A stretch of 64,000 nucleotides of DNA, from positions 2,949-66,948 of the forward strand of contig NIVC01003976.1 of assembly GCA_002269645.1 (NCBI GenBank), written 5' to 3'. Numbering within the stretch: the stretch's first letter is position 1; each line of letters begins with the position of its first letter. Position numbers and translations under genes: made by a program. Below the pieces are notes generated by a model, which was not told the origin of the DNA, did no database searches, and was given only the letters and a program-made list of their open reading frames with translations. This document shows, piece after piece, positions 13,791 through 25,870 of this stretch. This DNA is from Macrostomum lignano. Taxonomy: Eukaryota.

Positions 13791-16700
13791 CAATCTCGTC
13801 CAATGCGAGTTTTTGAACAGCACAAGTCACAGCAGTAGTGAAGAGTTTAATATGTGAATAAATAAACTACAAGTTGAAACGGCATATACATAAAAAACAA
13901 TTTCAGCTTCTGTATTCAGACCTAAGCCGAGTTTGTTTCATAAAAAATTTCAAGTCGTTTCACTTTCAAATAATTTAAGTACATGTACGCTCTAAGTCGT
14001 AGCTATAGCACAAAAATAGCACTCGAAATTCGGAAATTGGCTCAAATTTATCAAATCGAAAAGAGCTAGAATATTTTACTAAGGCTGGCGTCATTCCCAT
14101 GCAGTTCGCAGAGCAGTATACCAGGCAGTGCAATTGAATTTGGCCATGCAAACACGGGTTTTTCGTCTTATCAACCTGGCTAAACTGTATGTTTATATTT
14201 TTAGCGATTAAACACGAACTGCGGCGTTAACTGTAACAAACCGTTGGGGGCTCTGTACACTGTACACTAATGTGAATCATTCCTATTCCGAATGTTTTGG
14301 TTCTTGACCTTCATGCATGCAGCGCAGTAAGCTTCATGCAGAGTTTTGTTAATATGCGAATCAAAGCTGCAGCATAACAAACAGACTTCATTTTTTATTC
14401 ACTCTACAAAAGACCCAATTGTCACTTAAATATTTAAATAGGCGCCGATTTTGTTTTAATAGTCAATTTCCTCTGAACAGTCCTTTATAAGCAAAAAAGA
14501 CAAATCAATAATACATCAGATTACAGATACATTTTTTAATTGAAATTCATTTGAAGCTCAATAATACTTTTAGGAAAAAGTGCTTCTTTCATTAACAATA
14601 AACAAAACCAGTAAAACAAATAGCAAAATACTTCGATAAACTCATGGGGGGTTACCGCGAGTTACGTTTCAGACAGTCGACCAGCGCACAGCTCGCCCTT
14701 AACAGTCCTCCGTCCAATTTTACTTTTGACAGAAAATTGATTTTAAAAAATGAATCAATTTTTATTTCCTTGCCAAGGCAATAATTCAAATCGGATGAAA
14801 GAGTGTTAAGGCAGAGACTCGTGTGCGATACAAAAGAGGACTATAATTGTATGAAGTTAACTGTAATACAAAATAATTAACTACAGAAACTTGAAGACTT
14901 ACCGTTTATATTTATTTGGGTAAAACCAACAGAACTTTCTTTGGGATAGTAATTCTGTCAGAAGAAAAGGCAAACTTCAGCAACTTCACCACGAGATGCA
15001 TGCATGCAGCATGAGCTGCTGCAGAAGACAGCCCCCCTGACTCTCTTAATGGAATTTTTATTATAAAGCCAAATCTTGTTCTTATAGTCAATTCCCAATA
15101 GTTGTGTAAGCACCAGCTTATCCAACCCTGGGAGCTTATAGACGCCAGAGCGAAGCAGGGGGTGGACAGTCAGGGCCAGACGATAGACGAAACAAGCGAA
15201 GCGCTCTTATGCCAACCAAGGCTTAAAAAACCCTTTGCTAGCTGGCTTACTTTGATTCAAGAGGATCGAAAAGCCTTGGAATATGCATGGGCGGCTTTTT
15301 CTTGCATTCTTGCGAAGGAAAAGCTACTGTATCTATAAGTATGCGGTTCAGGGGAGGAGGCAGAAGGGGGCGGGGGACAGACGGCGCGTTTGTCTTTAAA
15401 CTGGGGGACCGAGCGGAGTTGGGGTGGGCTGATCGAAGCAGAAACGACGAAAGCTGAAAATAGGGGGTTGGGGGTAGAGGGAAGGCCTGAACTGGACTGG
15501 AGTAAGGGGGGGGGGTCGGTTGGTTGTGTGGGCAGAGCGCCCATGCAGCCCCCCACAATTCGTGTCGCGTTGTGCTGCCCCGGGCCGCGTGGCAAAGGGT
15601 TTAAAACGGTTTTAGTTTTAAGGTCCAAAGAAAGGTTCTCCCCAGAGATCGAGGGACTGAGAGAGGGAGAGAGAGGGAGTAAAGCGCTCTTATTGCGCGT
15701 TATATAAGTGTGGACCCTTGGTGTTCTAGAGGGGGGTGGGGGCTGGTGTTGAGGGGAGCTGCTGATTTCGACTGAATTGCACGACAGCTTTATACTTGGC
15801 TATGCGTCCAGATAGCAGCCAGCACCATGCACGCTGTGCGCGCTATAGCGAGAAGGGGTTGGTGCGGTCCTGGCTTGGGGTGGCTGGTCCGAAGAGGGGG
15901 GGGCGGGACGGGGATTGGCGATTTGGCGCCCTCAGTTCCGCCTGAAACGATACTATAGGGCAGTAAAGTAGGCAAGCCATATAGGGCTTAATACATGTTG
16001 AGCGGAGGTTCAGTTCAGGCAATTATTGAGGCTAAAGCAACCCCAAGTCCCCAACGAGGCCAACCGAAAGCCCCGACTAAAAACCGGCAGAGTCATATGG
16101 AGAACTCACACATGACACACACAACACTCGCGAGCAAAGCTCAACAAGCCGTGAGCCTTTTCCCTTTCCTGGGGAGAGGGGGTGGGGTCGTTCAGGGGAC
16201 GGGCGGACGGACGGACCTCCCTGTTCCTATGCAGTTTTAGTTTTACACTACCACAACCACAGTAACCGGCTAAGCTAGACTCTCCCCGTTGCCGCCCCGT
16301 ACATTTCTTTGGTTTGTTTTCATATGCACGAGCACTGACTCTGCCCTCGCTCTCCGCCTTTGTTTCTGCTAGTTGGAATATATATACAATTGTAGCTTAG
16401 CTTTTCCTTTTTCTCTCAAAACTCCGAACTCCGAGGGTTTGACTTCGTGAAGAAATCGCGGAGAAAAAGGGTGTGTGAAACGTGGGGTGCGAGCTCTGTT
16501 TAGCTCAGCTCAGCACGCTCTGAGTGAAAGTTTGCTTTCTGTCGTCGGCCTCTATTTCTATCTTTCTATATGTTGCTGCTGTTGAGTTGAAGCAATTATA
16601 TGCCTAGTAGCTGGTATCCATCTGGGAGGGGGGGGGGTCACAATTACAATTAGTCAAAGCTACAAGACTCATTGTAACAGGCGCCGGAGGAAAGAGAGTG

Positions 16701-17912
16701 TACCATTAAAGTTGACATTTGTAGAAAATAAAGATTCGATTTATTCAATGATTGACATGAGTTGCCATACGCCCACTAATTCGATTCGAACTTACCCCGG
16801 TAATTTGAGCGATTAAAAGACAGGTAGCTGGGTGTAGCCTGTGGGCGCGGTGTGGCCGCGGTGTGGGTGAGCTGAAGAAATTCCCAACTCAATTTTCTGA
16901 AAGAGAAAAGTTACTTTTTCCGTGCAGAAATACACAAACGACAGGCAAAGTAAATGTTGGTGCATGGTGCGCGTCCATTGTCGAGGGACTAATGCTACTA
17001 ATGCCTACTGACACGTCCTGCGAGCGGGACCTACAGCACTGTTGCCCTGCTTTGTTAGCTCTTTGCTAAGCTGTCAAGCTCTCAAAGAAAAATGTCAAAT
17101 CAAACAATTAAACGTGCTTGCTTCCTTTTAGAAGTTTTAAGAAATCTGCTTTTAGTTCGAAATTTCTAATTTTAGCTTGATTGACAAGCGTAGCTTAACT
17201 ATACAGACTTACATGTATGCTTAAGCTGCAGGAGTCAGTTCGTGCCTGGAATCCAATGAACTCAGTGTAACCATTGAATTGGTTAAGTGCATCGTTTGAA
17301 CATACGAGAGAGTCAATTTTTCACCACGGTATGAGAGAAAGAGATCACAAATCATGAACGACAAAAACATATTGATTTGGATTGTTTTTTTAGCCAAATC
17401 TGCTCTCTTTCCGTTGCCCACAAAGAAATTTGCAGGTTTCTTATAGTATTAGACGCCTGCCAGAATCTGTTTGTGTCAAAGGAATTGTATTATGACTTCA
17501 CCTGTAAGACATGCATGGCAAAGTGATCTGCAGACCAAGAAAAATCCGCAACGTCCAACAACACACAGATTGGGCTTCATTACAATGCAACATTATCCAA
17601 ATGATTCTCCAAATCATGGACGCAGACTCATCCGCATCGGGGTTGTGAAAGCATCTTTAAAGCATCTTTTCTGATGTTATTATTCTGTCCTTTGTTTCAG
17701 CTTGATTTGTGAGGTTTCAGCGTCTGTTGCCGCAGAATTCCTTTCTCGGGGTAGGTTAGACCCGCCATGCTCAATGCTAGCTAACAATGCTGTTTATGGA
17801 TGGATTCTCAATTGAAAATTTATTGCACGATTTGCATGTTGTGCTAAAAACGAACTATATGTATATAGATGTAGATGCTTGTTCTTGGAGTCTCTGAAGG
17901 GGTCCTGGCAGT

Positions 17913-18308
17913 GGGTTGCTTTAACAAACGCGAAATTTCACAACCGCTAAATCACCTTTCATAAACGCGAAACTTCATAACCGCGATCAGCTTCACAACC
18001 GCTAAATCACCTACTTTCATAAGCGCTAGACTTCACAAACGCGAAACTTCACAACCGCTAAATGTCATCTACTTTCACAACCGCGAAACTTCATAACCGC
18101 GAAACTTCACAACCGCTAAAAGACTGTTGTATATGAAAGTAAGTGCAAAAATTTTAGCGGTTGTGAAGTTTCGCGGTTATGAAGTTTCGCGGTTGTGAAA
18201 GTGACTGGAAAAAATTTAGCGGTTGTGAAGTTTCGCGTTTATGAAACTTAGCGCTTATGAAAGTAGGTGATTTAGCGGTTGTGAAATTTCGCGTTTGTGA
18301 AACCCACC
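17913..18308. mobile_element. Mutator/MULE-type MITE (396 bp)
   Basis: Long imperfect inverted arms (ACAAACGCGAAATTTCACAACCGCTAAATCACCT and its reverse complement). 9-bp TSD CCTGGCAGT at 17904-17912 and 18309-18317. A 9-bp TSD with GG termini is typical of MULEs. Confidence 0.8.
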
Positions 18309-18409
18309 CCTGGCAGTTTAATGATTAAGCAATCTCTGGTACTATGATGGCTAATTGTTTTTCCTTTGGTTATTCTGGAACTGATCTGATTACTGCCGTT
18401 TTCACAGAG

Positions 18410-18556
18410 CCTGAGTCACTTAGAAGTCTTTTCTGAGTCACTCAGGAGTCTTCTCTGAGTCACTTAGGGGTCCTCTCTGAGTCACTTAGGAGTCTTCTCT
18501 GAGTCACTCAGGAGTCTTCTCTGAGTCACTCAGAAGTCTTCTCTGAGTCACTCAGG
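18410..18556. repeat. 22-bp minisatellite GAGTCACTCAGGAGTCTTCTCT
   Basis: 7 units, each containing TGAGTCA. Confidence 0.9.
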
Positions 18557-19199
18557 AACTCTAACCAAACTGTAGGTACTCAACAGATTTGGCTTCTAGT
18601 CCAGAAACCAACAGTTCATAAATCAATCCAAGAAAACGCTTTATTGTTCTAGAATCTTCGCTTTTTTCTTATATCACATGTCCCATTCATCAAACGCACA
18701 ACGCGAGGTGTAGCAAGTAACTGATATAACGAATATGTAAATTGTATTGGGAAAAGTCTGAGGCGCATCAATTGAGCACTAGTAATAGAATTATATTAGG
18801 TTGTATATACACTATATAGGTTTCTCCGCGTGTCTTGTATAATTAACTATGAGCATAAGCCATAGGCAATAAAGTATAGTACGTATAATATCAGGTCTGT
18901 ATGTAGCCAATTCAGCCTTATAGCACTAGCAGCTCCCTCTGTCACTCTCCAACTCGACTCTCAACTAATTTTCCCACCCTTTCTCACCCTTGTGCAATTT
19001 TCCATATCGCTACTCTGCTACTCATATAGTCACAATATGTAGAGCAGCGAGCTCACACAGCTGTTGCTGGCGATCGTACATTATAAGAGCTGTCACGAGC
19101 TGGGGAATTGGCGATTCTCTATCGCTGAGGCCGGAGGCCTGAATGACTCATTGCCGCTGTTATTGCGCCGCGTATAAACAGACTTCTCATGCAGTATGT

Positions 19200-19213
19200 A
19201 ACTAGCTAGCTAG

Positions 19214-19255
<42 letters not shown>

Positions 19256-19268
19256 TACTTACTTACTT

Positions 19269-19299
<31 letters not shown>

Positions 19300-19355
19300 G
19301 ACTAACTAACTAACTAATTTACTAACCAACCAACTAGTTTACTTACTGACTGACT
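19200..19355. repeat. (CTAA)n/(CTTA)n microsatellite
   Basis: Direct tetramer repeats. Confidence 0.9.
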
Positions 19356-20735
19356 GAGCTGGCACCTCTCAAACATAGACGCCCCTACGGTCATTCAGTC
19401 CAATGTAAAAGCTTAGCTGCACATTCGCTCCTGAAACCCCGCTGCATGCGTCAATCACTGGAGCGATCTCACGGTTTTTAGGCAACTCAAGTAGAATTTG
19501 CAGCAGCAGCATACTTAGCATGCTATTGATTATTTTATCGCTACAACTTAGCAGTATAGAGCCTATTAGCCCCACATCAATTCTTAAAATATGCTGCAGC
19601 AGACTCATGGCTTTCTCGATCGTTGATTTTAAGCCGTTTAGCTGTTTTCGGCCCACCTGCTCGTTCTCACACTGAGCTGCTTGTCGTGCTGCCCGTCAGA
19701 GCGGGTCAGATTAAAGTTTTGTTAATTTTTCGAGAACCTGGGCTAGCTCCGTAAAATACATTAACGTATTGGTTGATTGAATACATAAATCAGCTGGCTT
19801 AGTCAATAAAATGCAACTGTGCTGATGCTTCGATTGGTGCATCACGAGAGCATTACGAGAGCAATAAAAGCTCGAGTGTACTTTGTTCGTTGTTTGTTTT
19901 ATTAAATGCCGATTTTAAAGTGCCGACGGCGTCGAGGTGATGACTGAATGCTTGAGAGACTAGTTGAGGATGTCCGACAGTCGAGGCTTGATCAGCGAAA
20001 CTAGAGAAATTCGCATCAGGGTGTTCATGGTCAACTGCATGGTGCCACCTGTTGAAGGTCTAGAAGCTCCGCCTGGGTGAAGGCCAGTGACCAACAAAGT
20101 CAGAGCTGATGCAGATACATGTGTTCGACGTGCTGATGAAGTTTGGAGGCTTGGCAAGACTCACTGAGGCGCAGTGCTGATTGGCGCTCAGGGTTGTACT
20201 GGATACACTAACGCTAATGAAAAAAAGCGACCTTCTGGCAGAATAATCGAATATCTCGACGGTTCGGTGGGCTGGCGACTTGATTCTTGTTTGAGAAGGT
20301 GCGCAACAAAAAGCTAGCCCGTGTTCTTGAATTTCGTGAGTCTGCGTTGCTCCGTTCCGGCGCAGCAAAAAAATTGTCAGGGGGAATTCCCCCCTCTTGG
20401 TTCGACGATCGGAAAAATCGCTTAGTCCTACTGTAAATAATATTATAGTGGGCACGAATAATATCGTATCTTCTTACTCGTATTAATAGTAATTGAACAT
20501 ATTACGCTTGCCAATCAGCAATTTATTTTTGTTATCAAGGTTTCTTATTTTTGTTTAAATTTCTTTTCTTATAAACACTATCATTATTTGTTTTACCGTG
20601 CCCCAACTAATAATAAGTTCAACTGTCCGCCTCAAATTTTGTGAAAGCCGTGAGGACTCAAAAATACAAGCCGTGAAGGCTAAAACGTAGGGTTAGGAAT
20701 TAGGAACTTAGGCGAAATAGCAAATTTAGGAAAGA

Positions 20736-20770
20736 CTAGCAATCTAGTGCGGCCCCCCTTCGGGGCGCCC
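20736..20770 (-). mobile_element. Helitron-like 3' terminus
   Basis: Minus strand reads GC-rich hairpin (GCCCC-GAA-GGGG..) then ..ATTGCTAG|T. This is the canonical hairpin + CTRR end inserted before T. Confidence 0.5.
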
Positions 20771-21014
20771 AATAAGAAAGGAGCAAAAATAGTTCATGGA
20801 AAACAATAAAAAAACACATTTTCTTAAACACTAATTCCTTCTTCACATTTTAAAAATCACCTTATTCGTGTAAAATTGTCACGGACTAAGATGTTTGCAA
20901 AATTAAAAAATCACTTTTTCTCTAAAATTAACAAACAGTCAACAAAATATCGTTTCCCTAAATAGAAAATATTCCCAAGACAGCAAGCAACCCCCTCCAA
21001 AAGTGAACAATCGC

Positions 21015-21360
21015 AGATAGCAAGCATCCTCTAATGCTCATAGCAAGAATCACCACAGATAGCAAGCATCTGCAGATTAGCAAGCACCCCCCAGATATTA
21101 TAGAAGCATCCACCCAGATAGCAAGCATCCACCCAGATAGCAAGCATCCTGCAGATAGCAAGCACCCCCCAGATATTATAGAAGCATCCACCCAGATAGC
21201 AAGCATCCACCCAGATAGCAAGCATCCTGCAGATAGCAAGAATCCCTAAATAGCAAGCATACCTGGATTGAAAGAATCCCATGCATGTAGCCAGCACCCC
21301 CTCTCCCAAATAGCAAGTATCCCCCCTCGAGAGCAAGCATCCACGAGACAGCAAGTAGCT
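21015..21360. repeat. CAGATAGCAAGCATCC-type minisatellite
   Basis: Degenerate tandem units. Confidence 0.85.
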
Positions 21361-21477
21361 AGTGCAAATGTTACTTCCGCTAATGCAATAATCGCTTTCT
21401 CAGGTTGTGCAACAATCCACGTCTCAGCGAGCGCAATAATCTCTTTTTTAGACAGCGCAGTAATCAGCTTCTCAGCT

Positions 21478-24242
21478 AGTGCAATAATCCTTGGTTTATT
21501 AATAGCAATAATCCTTGATTAATCAAGTGCAATAATCCTTGGTTTATCAAGTGCAATAATCCTTGGTTTATCAAGTGCAGTAATCTTTGGCTTATAAAGT
21601 GCAATAATCCTTGGTTTATCAAGTGCAATAATCCTTTGTTTATCAAGTGCAATAATCCTTGGTTTATCAAGTGCAATAATCCTTTGTTTATCAAGTGCAA
21701 TAATCCTTGGTTTATTAAGTGCAATAATCCTTGGTTTATCAAGTGCAATAATCCTTGGTTTATCTAGCGCAGTAATCCTTGGCTTATCAAGTGCAATAAT
21801 CCTTGGTTTATCAAGTGCAATATTTGTTTATCAAGTGCAATAATCCTTGGTTTATCAAGTGAAATAATCCTTGGTTTATCAAGTGCAATAATCATTGGCT
21901 TATCAAGTGCAATAATCCTTGGTTTATCAAGTGCAATAATCCTTGGTTTATCAAGCGCAGTAATCCTTGGCCTATCAAGTGCAATAACCCTTGGCTTATC
22001 GAGTGCAGTAATCCTTGGTTTGCCAAGAGCAATAATCCTTGGTTTATCGAGTGCAGTAATCCTTAGTTTTCCAAGTGCAGTAATCCTTGGTTTATTAAGA
22101 GCAATAATCCTTGGCTTATCGAGTGCAGTAATCCTTGGTTTGCCAAGAGCAATAATCCTTGGTTTATCGAGTGCAGTAATCCTTAGTTTTCCAAGTGCAG
22201 TAGTCCTTGGTTTATTAATAGCAATAATCCTTGAATAATCCAGTGCATTAATCTCTGGCTTATCAAGTGCAACATTCTTTACTATCAAGTGCAATAATCC
22301 ATGGCTTATCAAGCGCTGTAATCCTTGGCTTATCAAGTGCAATAATCCTTGGTTTATCAAGTGCAATAATCCTTTGTTTATCAAGTGCAATAATCCTTGG
22401 TTTATCAAGTGCAATAATCCTTGGTTTATCAAGTGCAATAATCCTTGGTTTAACAAGTGCAATAACCCTTGGTTTATCAAGTGCAATAATCCTTGGTTTA
22501 TCAAGTGCAATAATCCTTTGTTTATCAAGTGCAATAATCCTTGGTTTATCAAGTGCAATAATCCTTGGTTTATCAAGTGCAATAATCCTTGGTTTATCAA
22601 GCGCAGTAATCTTTGGCCTATCAAGTGCAATAATCCTTGGTTTATCAAGTGCAGTAATCCTTGGCCTATCAAGTGCAATAATCCTTGGTTTATCAAGTGC
22701 AGTAATCCTTGGCCTATCAAGTGCAAGAATCCTTGGTTTATCAAGTGCAATAATCCTTGGTTTATTAAGTGCAATAATCCTTGGTTTATCAAGTGCAATA
22801 ATCCTTGGTTTATCAAGTGCAATAATCCTTGGTTTATCAAGTGCAATAATCCTTGGTTTATCAAGTGCAATAATCCTTGGTTTATCAAGTGCAATAATCC
22901 TTGGTTTATCAAGTGCAATAATCCTTGGTTTATCAAGCGCAGTAATCCTTGGCCTATCAAGTGCAATAACCCTTGGCTTATCGAGTGCAGTAATCCTTGG
23001 TTTGCCAAGAGCAATAATCCTTGGTTTATCGAGTGCAGTAATCCTTAGTTTTCCAAGTGCAGTAATCCTTGGTTTATTAAGAGCAATAATCCTTGGCTTA
23101 TCGAGTGCAGTAATCCTTGGTTTGCCAAGAGCAATAATCCTTGGTTTATCGAGTGCAGTAATCCTTAGTTTTCCAAGTGCAGTAGTCCTTGGTTTATTAA
23201 TAGCAATAATCCTTGAATAATCCAGTGCATTAATATCTGGCTTATCAAGTGCAACATTCTTTACTATCAAGTGCAATAATCCATGGCTTATCAAGCGCTG
23301 TAATCCTTGGCTTATCAAGTGCAATAATCCTTGGTTTATCAAGTGCAATAATCCTTTGTTTATCAAGTGCAATAATCCTTGGTTTATCAAGTGCAATAAT
23401 CCTTGGTTTATCAAGTGCAATAATCCTTGGTTTAACAAGTGCAATAACCCTTGGTTTATCAAGTGCAATAATCCTTGGTTTATCAAGTGCAATAATCCTT
23501 TGTTTATCAAGTGCAATAATCCTTGGTTTATCAAGTGCAATAATCCTTGGTTTATCAAGTGCAATAATCCTTGGTTTATCAAGCGCAGTAATCTTTGGCC
23601 TATCAAGTGCAATAATCCTTGGTTTATCAAGTGCAGTAATCCTTGGCCTATCAAGTGCAATAATCCTTGGTTTATCAAGTGCAGTAATCCTTGGCCTATC
23701 AAGTGCAAGAATCCTTGGTTTATCAAGTGCAATAATCCTTGGTTTATTAAGTGCAATAATCCTTGGTTTATCAAGTGCAATAATCCTTGGTTTATCAAGT
23801 GCAATAATCCTTGGTTTATCAAGTGCAATAATCCTTGGTTTATCAAGTGCAATAATCCTTGGTTTATCAAGTGCAATAATCCTTGGTTTATCAAGTGCAA
23901 TAATCCTTGGTTTATCAAGCGCAGTAATCTTTGGCCTATCAAGTGCAATAATCCTTGGTTTATCAAGTGCAGTAATCCTTGGCCTATCAAGTGCAATAAT
24001 CCTTGGTTTATCAAGTGCAATAATCCTTGGTTTATCAAGTGCAATAATCCTTGGTTTATCAAGCGCAGTAATCTTTGGCCTATCAAGTGCAATAATCCTT
24101 GGTTTATCAAGTGCAGTAATCCTTGGTTTATTAAGTGCAATAATCCTTGGTTTATCAAGTGCAATAATCCTTGGTTTATCAAGTGCAGTAATCCTTGGTT
24201 TATTAATAGCAATAATCCTTGGCTTATCGAGTGCAGTAATCT
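21478..24242. repeat. 24-bp satellite TCAAGTGCAATAATCCTTGGTTTA
   Basis: More than 100 units. Gives the 8-aa periodic pseudo-ORFs (LLHLINQG, SSAIILGL). Contains a 982-bp higher-order duplication. Confidence 0.98.
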
Positions 24243-24309
24243 AAGTGTTTTTATTTAGTCCTTTAATAAAATCTTTTAATAAAAATTTTTACACTACTAC
24301 TTTTAAACT

Positions 24310-24907
24310 ACTTAGATTCGAACCTAGGTCGCTGCATTAGCAGTCTGGTCTGTTCAGCTCTAGGCTAGCTCTCATCGAAGTTATCAGTGATGTTGTACCA
24401 CTTATATAATTCAACACTCACACCAAGTTAGGTAGAGTAAAAAGTCTCACGAAGCAGTTATGACATAATCAATTTCTTAGGCAAGTCAGTACCAGTGTCT
24501 ATGAAAGTTTACAATATGGTTACGTAATATAAATTCAGTACTGCGCTATGCTTTCACACTCAAAGCTGTGACGCAATTCAATTGAGTGTCAAATTCAGCC
24601 AGTACACAGACGATAAATAAAGTGTATTGTGATGCAATCTATTTCAGAATCAGAATTCAACCAGTCAGTTTTTCTGCTAGCATTCTTACGATGCATTTCA
24701 AGTCGAAAGAGCTACTTGACCTTTGCAAAAAAGCATGTTTTTCGAATATTTAATCCCTTTAGCATCGAGCAATTTCTTAGCCACGATGCATGTACCGTCC
24801 CAGGAAAATTTCTGATCGAATGGTGCAAGTTTGAAGAAAATCGGTTGAGCCAATTTTTCTGAAATCTATCACACACACATATACCGACAGACCATTTTTA
24901 GTATATG
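24310..24907. mobile_element. Interspersed ~600-bp repeat, copy 1, with a tRNA-like A/B-box head on the minus strand
   Basis: Near-identical to 27495-28040 (both give the MMQSISESEFNQSVF ORF). Minus strand has TAGCCTAGAGCTGAA ... GGTTCGAATC at 24373-24315. Confidence 0.7.
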
Positions 24908-24909
24908 GA

Positions 24910-25870
24910 CTAGCAATCTACGCCCCCCGTTGGGGAGCCAAAGAAATGCAAGACACGTTTTTTTAATAAGCTACATGTATCCTTGAAATCTTAAAAAATC
25001 TCCTGTCAAACCTTGTAAGCCTTGACATGTCAGTAATTCCCCCCACAAGCTTTAAAATATCAACTCCCCCCCTTGACATCTCAGCAATGCCCCCAATAAG
25101 CCTTGGAACCCAAAAAAATCAACCTTAACCCAAGCCTAACCCTAACCCTAACCTAACCCTAAAGCATTGAAATTTCAGTAATAATTCTCTCTAAGAGTCA
25201 TTATAGCACTACTACAGCATTATAGCGATTCCCTGCAAGCCTCGACATCGTAGGGATTCCCAAATGAATCTCTTAACTTCGACATGAAGCTTCTTTTATT
25301 TTTTACATTACGCTTTTTTTTATCAGCGATCCCTCCCCTGAGGAGGCAGCAAATAATGTAATAAAATTTTTTTCAATAAACTACATGTAGCTTCTGACTT
25401 TAGCCTTGAAATCTCATTTATACCCCCGTGAGCCTTGACATCTCAGCTATTCCCCCCGTAAGCCTTAACATGTCAGCGATGGCCCCCATAAACCTAGCAA
25501 TTCCCAAATGAATCTTTTAACTTCGACATGACTTTTCTTTTATGTATACGTAGTGCTACTTTTATTTTCTACATGACTTTTCTTCTATCAGCGCCCCCCG
25601 TGGCGAGCCAACAAAGAATGCAATAAAAAATTGAGTAAAGTACATGAACTTTGAAGTAGCTTCTGACTTTTGCTTTGACATCACAGAAACCCCCCCCCCG
25701 TAATCTCAGTTATTCTCTGAGAGCCTTGACGTCTCAGTTTTTCTCCCCAGCACAGCATTATGGCTGCATTTAATTTTTACATGACACCTTTCATGTCTGA
25801 CATGATGCTTCTTTTATTCTACCATGATGCTTCTTAATTTTTTTAATGACACTTTCATTAGTTTTTAAAT
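24910..25870 (-). mobile_element. Helitron-like 3' terminus followed by three diverged tandem units
   Basis: Minus strand CCCC-AAC-GGGG hairpin then TAGATTGCTAG|T. Related unit starts at about 24920, 25322 and 25588 share AGCCTTGACAT motifs; the first two units also end in TTCCCAAATGAATC..AACTTCGACATGA. Confidence 0.45.

Noticed and set aside
19092-20055. Solo LTR (TGTCACG start, AATAAA, CA|TGGTGCC PBS-like junction)
   Set aside because: No TSD, no second LTR and no gag/pol downstream. The motifs are short enough to occur by chance.
21476-24258. Long ORFs of 224-649 aa (LLHLINQG, SSAIILGL, KCNNPWFI repeats)
   Set aside because: They arise on both strands from a stop-poor 24-bp satellite unit and have no unique coding sequence.
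24315-24373. Functional tRNA gene
   Set aside because: A/B boxes are present but there is no convincing cloverleaf or acceptor stem. It is embedded in a duplicated repeat, so it is treated as a SINE-like head.
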